Source: the human T2T-CHM13v2.0 reference genome, Homo sapiens
NCBI RefSeq assembly: GCF_009914755.1
Contig: NC_060925.1
Direction: 5' to 3' (one strand)
DNA length: 64,000 bases
Shown: one piece after another, positions 59,242-64,000 of the stretch
Position numbering within the stretch: the stretch's first letter is position 1
Layout of the letters: the number at the start of each line of letters is the position of its first letter
Notes under the pieces: generated by a model
The model's input: only the letters and a program-made list of their open reading frames with translations
Told to the model about the DNA's origin: nothing
Database searches by the model: none
Position numbers and translations under genes: made by a program

Positions 59242-60615
59242 AAGAATTCTTTACCTTTCTTGCTGAGGACATTTCATCCTGAAGTGTAAGGCTACCTTTG
59301 ATGAGTTTTGGCTCAGTTGTGGGTAATAGCTCACACTGTGGTTGAAAAGCACTTTGCAAAATAGAAAATGCGTCTATACATGTGCTGCTGAAGAATGATC
59401 TTCACTTAGGAGTCACTCTGGAAATGAGTTCCCACAAACCCCTTGTGAGAGAGCTTCTTTTCCTTCCCTGGTACAGAAACCGTAATGGAGAAGTTTCCGT
59501 CCTCTTTCCTATCTGGGCCCAGATAGATTAAGAACCAAAGTTATCCCCGGGCAGCTCCTGCCAGGCTTGCACTGCACTGCCTCTGGCAGTGCCCACTGAA
59601 GGGGGCAGCGGGTCTCACTCCTCACCTGGGGGGCTTTGTCTCCATGTCCCGAGTGGCTGGACGTCAGTGCACATGTTCCTACACGCAGCTGTCCCTGCAG
59701 GCCCCACCACCCACCTCCACCCCTCCACACCCTCACCTCCAAGGCAACCAAGAGCACCAGTTGCCAGCCCTGCCCTGCCTGCCTCCTTCCTGAACGGCTC
59801 CTTCGGGCATCCCTGGTTCTAGGCCCCTGTGAGGGGTGGCCCTGCCGCATTCACTTTCTTTTTCCCCAGAGCCAGTTTCTTCTGGTCCTGCGCCTTCCTC
59901 TCCCTTCTGCCTTGTGTTTCCTTCTGGGGAACTCGACTTCTTTTGACTCTTACGTGAAGGAAGTTTGTTCTGAGGATTCAGGCTTCATTTAGAAAAAGAC
60001 TGAGGTGACCTCTTCCAGCAGCCTCAGAGCGCACATGTTATCCCCTGGCGAGAGAACCAAGGGTCCCAGAAATGTGTTGTTGATTTTCCTTTAGTTTCTC
60101 CAGCGATGTTTTGTTTATTAATTTACTCGTTTGTTTCTGAATAGGTGATTCACTCACAGGTTCAAAATGTTCACAATTCAGGAGAACATGCCGGGAAGAG
60201 CTGCCCCGCCTCCCTCGCCTCCTGGAGGCTCCAGCATTATCTGTTGCTTGTGTGTCCATCCACATTTATATCTTACAACTTTGACAGTAGAGTTTATAAC
60301 TTTGTGTTACAGAAATAGTGTAGCATCACTAAGAAAAGTAAATAAAGGAACCAAAAAGTTCCCATCACAGCAGATCCAGCTGACTCTCCCTGTCCACGTT
60401 CCCTCCTGGTCCTTGTCCTTATTCAGGCAGAATTTTTACGTGGTTGTAATCGCAGTCTCATAACTTTTTCAAATATCTTGTTCATTTATGGTGTTTGCTT
60501 AGGGTTTCCAAAACCCAGGGATGACAGGGAGAAAGTTGGGCGGCAGAATTTGAGAGATTGTTGGAGGATAACCCCGGGTCCGTATGCATTCCTCACCCTG
60601 TCCCGCTTCTTGCAG

Positions 60616-60718
60616 AAATACCTGCTCCCCCTCATCCTGGGCGGCCGAGAGGACAGAAAGCAGCTGGAGAGGATGGAGGCCGGTCTCTCTGAGCTGAGTG
60701 GCAGCGTGGCCCAGACAG
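60616..60718 (+). CDS. PEX14: PEX14 coding exon 6 (103 nt); start of coiled coil
   Basis: Acceptor cccgcttcttgcag|AA, donor CAG|gtaaag. Encodes [34 protein letters not shown], within ORF 60478..60729. Confidence 0.97.
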
Positions 60719-60809
60719 GTAAAGATTAATGACTCCATCAAGTCACCCCTCACAGCCTTCTCCAAGCAGCCCCTTCTCTGCCCCTCCCCTCTCCCTCTGT
60801 CTCCACTCT

Positions 60810-61030
60810 ATGTGGTGACTTCATTTATCTGCTCTGAGAATCTGTTCACATTTGCAAATGAAGCCGCCGTCATTTCGGTTTAATTTGAAATTGCTTGTTT
60901 ACTGTCGGCGCGGCCTCAATTAATTATGTTTTTACGGAAAGGCTCCCAACCTCAGAATATTAATAAGGGGAATAAAATGACAGCCTTTCTAAGGGCTGTA
61001 AAGTTCATTTTTAATTTCTGCTTCTATGAG
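60810..61030. promoter_or_regulatory. Candidate conserved element at the start of intron 6
   Basis: AT-rich island in GC-rich surroundings; CATTTGCAAATG palindrome, TGTTTAC, AATTAATT, clustered CpGs. Confidence 0.5.
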
Positions 61031-61936
61031 GTTTTCAGGGGGGTTTTCAGTGATTTTCCCCCTTCCCTCTAAGACTCGACTGTGGGGTCAAGAGAGTCTG
61101 TAATTACTGTGGCTCCCGGGACCCCAGCCACCTCCCCTGTTATCGACTCAACAGGGCTCGCGTTCATTACCCAGTGCCCCAGCGATGGCCCAGATTAGCT
61201 GGGACCTGTCGCGCCAGAGGTGGCTTCTCTTCTTTATAAACTTGTTTACTAGACGGCAGCTCTGAATCTAAAAACCAGAGCAAGGCCAATGAGAGAGCCA
61301 CCTGTCCCAGGCAGGAGTCTGTGTCCCTCTGGAGCACGTTTGTGAAGCTCACAGAAACCCTCTGACACGTCCATCCTGCTGCCGTTTGCTCCTGCGAGGC
61401 TGACATTGGTGGCAACAAGGTCCTGAGGGGTCACGGGACACCAGGGAGTTGAGCAGGCAGCTTGGGTCAGGTGGGGAGGGTGGGAAGGAGCAGTGGGAAA
61501 CAGGACGTGCGGCTTGAGCCACTCCTGGATGTGAATGTGGCGGGGACCTGAGATGCATCTCTCCCAGCATTGGAGACCCCAGGAGTTTCACAAGGACACT
61601 GAGGCCCAGGAGATGAAGGACGCAGGCGCCAGAGAAGCCGGGAGAGCTCAGCAAATCATAGCCAGCTCTAATTAGAGGGGAGAGGTTCTGGACGGATATA
61701 CTGTTGACCATGGACAACTACACAATGGAAAGATAAAGTAGAAATACTAGAGGTTAGATACAGTGCAGGCAGATCACCCAGAGTGCAGATAAATTAGATG
61801 GATTGCGGGGGCTGGGGGTGTCTGCAGATAAATTAGATGGAGCGGGAACACGGGCAGCTCCGAGGTGTGCGGACCGAGCGAGGGGAACGTCTGTGCCTGT
61901 GAATTTGCCAGCGCCGTGACTGCTTTCTCCTCGCAG

Positions 61937-62034
61937 TGACTCAGTTACAGACGACCCTCGCCTCCGTCCAGGAGCTGCTGATTCAGCAGCAGCAGAAGAT
62001 CCAGGAGCTTGCCCACGAGCTGGCCGCTGCCAAG
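61937..62034 (+). CDS. PEX14: PEX14 coding exon 7 (98 nt); coiled coil
   Basis: Acceptor gctttctcctcgcag|TG, donor AAG|gtacct. Encodes (V)[32 protein letters not shown]; phases match exon 6. Confidence 0.97.
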
Positions 62035-64000
62035 GTACCTGTCTCTGCTGCACAGGGCCCTCCAGGCCCAGGTCTGTCCCATGTGCCCTTCACTCTTGTC
62101 CCTTGGGCCGGGCTTGCCACCTTCGGGAGCTGGACTTTGCCCCAGTCTCACAGTGGTTACACAGCCGTGGCCGATGCTGCCCTTTCTCTCCTTGTAGAGA
62201 CAGGAGGCTGTTGCTGGGCAGTCAGTGTGACGTTTAACTGTCGAGGCCATCCTTTCTCTCTCTATGTCACCTCCCAACAGGAGGAAGGAAAAGCTACCCT
62301 CTGCCTGTGGAGATCTCATGGCAGCCACATCCCCGCAGCTCTGGAGGCTTTCTGTGTAGACATGGGACGGTCTCTACCTATAAGTTAGGTTGCAGGTCAC
62401 AGCATGGCCAGGAGGGGTTCTGGAACAGACAGGGGAGAAGCGAGTCGCAGTCAGTTCACCAGCACCAGCCCCATCCACACCGCAGTGCAGCGGGCAGGTT
62501 CTCTAGACTCAGGTTCCATGGGTTCTGGCAATCCTAGGGAGCCAGAACCAACTCCCAAGGCAGTGTCCTTGCCTCACTGCCCAAATGTGAAGAAATCTTG
62601 GCGTGGCAGCTTCCAGGATCAGGCTGAATCCTGGTCCTGCCACTTGTTAGCTGTATGACCACAGGCAAGTTACTTAACCTCTCTGAGTCTTAGTCTCCTC
62701 ATCTGTAAAATGGAGCCATAACGGCACCTAATTCCTGGGGCTCTTCATGGGTTCAAGAGGGTGCCTGGCTCCAGCCAGCTCGCAGGATTGCAGGCCTAGG
62801 TTCTGTGGGTGGGTAACAGAGGTCATCCCTGAGGCGGTATCAGACAGACCGGGCCCAGGAGACAGTGGCCTGGTAGCTCCAGAACACCCACTGGCTCCTC
62901 TCTCTGTCCCTTGTCCCACAGCTCTGTGGCCGGCGGACACTGCTCCCTGTCTGCCCCCACAGCCTGGGCTCTGGAGAGTCCCATCCCGAGTTGCTTACCC
63001 AGGGAAAGCCACTCCTAGCGTACGAGTTGGCTTGAGCCAGCACTCAGATCTTTTGCATTTGCAAAAACCATGAAAATGACAATCTTTCCATGGAGTCTGG
63101 GGTGTCTCTTGTGAAGAGGGTCCCAGGAATCTCCCCCCTGGATATCCAAACCACACACAGAGGTGCCACCTGCTCTTCCTCCTGGGATGGCTGTGGGTAC
63201 TGGTGACCACCTCCAGCCACTGCAATGCGTGTTCTCCACGGGTGGCCGGTCCCTAAAGCACCAGGAAGCCCAGCGACAGCCCTGCCTGCTCTCCTGGGTC
63301 AGGTCATCTTTTGGATCCATGCTCTGCCTGTGGCCAGAAGCCATTCCGGAAATTGGAAAACTGTTTTCAGGCCTTACGCCTGAGATTAAGACCACATGTT
63401 GTGTTTAAGAAGCAGTGGGGGCCCGGGATGTGCTTGGTGGTGAGAGGGGTTGGGCCCCTCAGAGTCCCTCGAGCTGGCTTTGCTGCCGCTGTCCCTGGCC
63501 CACCCCAGCCTTCTCTCCCGAGCTGCATGGGGCCACTGGCTTGGCATCTAAACGCGTATGTGTGAGGACTTTGGTTACCCCATAAACCAAAGACCCAGAG
63601 CTGTGTTTTCTCAGCTGTAATGTAAGTTTTTATATCTGGCTTCCAAACTCCTACTGGAGCACTGTAAAAAATTAAAAAGAAGAGCTTTAAGTAATTAAAA
63701 AACCTACATAAAACTGAAGGCTATGAGTTTTCTACAACTGTTTTTTAAAGAGGCTGGCTAAAAAGCCCCAGATGTCAGATTTTATTTCTAAATCCTGGCA
63801 TCTGGCACCATATGCGTTTGGAAATCTGAGTCCCTTGTAGGCCAGTGAGTGGAAATTGTGCCCTTGTTCATGGGCTGCTGTAGCTTTCAAGGTCTCAGAG
63901 AAGCCAGAGCCGTGGCTCCTGGGTCCTCCCTGTCTGGCGGTCTGGAGTAGGAACCCTGAGGGGCTGTGTCTGGGGGTGGTGGGTGACACGCACTCACTCT

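Noticed and set aside
62035-62388. Exon 7 frame stays open for 117 codons into intron 7
   Set aside because: Expected in GC-rich DNA; no recognisable domain and no nearby canonical polyA signal seen.

Overview
Human (primate) genomic DNA lying wholly inside the PEX14 gene (peroxin 14, 1p36.22), transcribed on the + strand. Four GT-AG coding exons (36834-36962, 55929-56014, 60616-60718, 61937-62034; exons 4-7 by my recollection of the gene model) splice in frame to PEX14 residues ~57-195. These cover the end of the PEX5/PEX19-binding N-terminal domain, the membrane segment and the coiled coil. Bases 1-27.3 kb and 44-50 kb are almost solid Alu, old L1M, L2 and DNA-transposon debris, plus a solo MER41A LTR. 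A 7SL retropseudogene lies at 54.4 kb. In contrast, 27.3-37.7 kb has no Alu, and it and the flanks of exons 4 and 6 carry AT-rich, motif-dense blocks that resemble conserved developmental enhancers, plausibly serving the neighbouring CASZ1 gene. Almost all ORFs in the supplied track are Alu/L1 noise. I found no convincing new gene or enzymatic system. The best leads are: (i) templated-insertion repair scars, one preserving an Alu junction since deleted from its donor; (ii) the candidate enhancer cluster with internally repeated motifs; (iii) Alu-born nuclear-receptor half-site arrays; (iv) a possible intronic polyadenylation isoform after exon 6. Repeat subfamily names come from remembered consensus sequences, and repeat boundaries are approximate unless a TSD is quoted.
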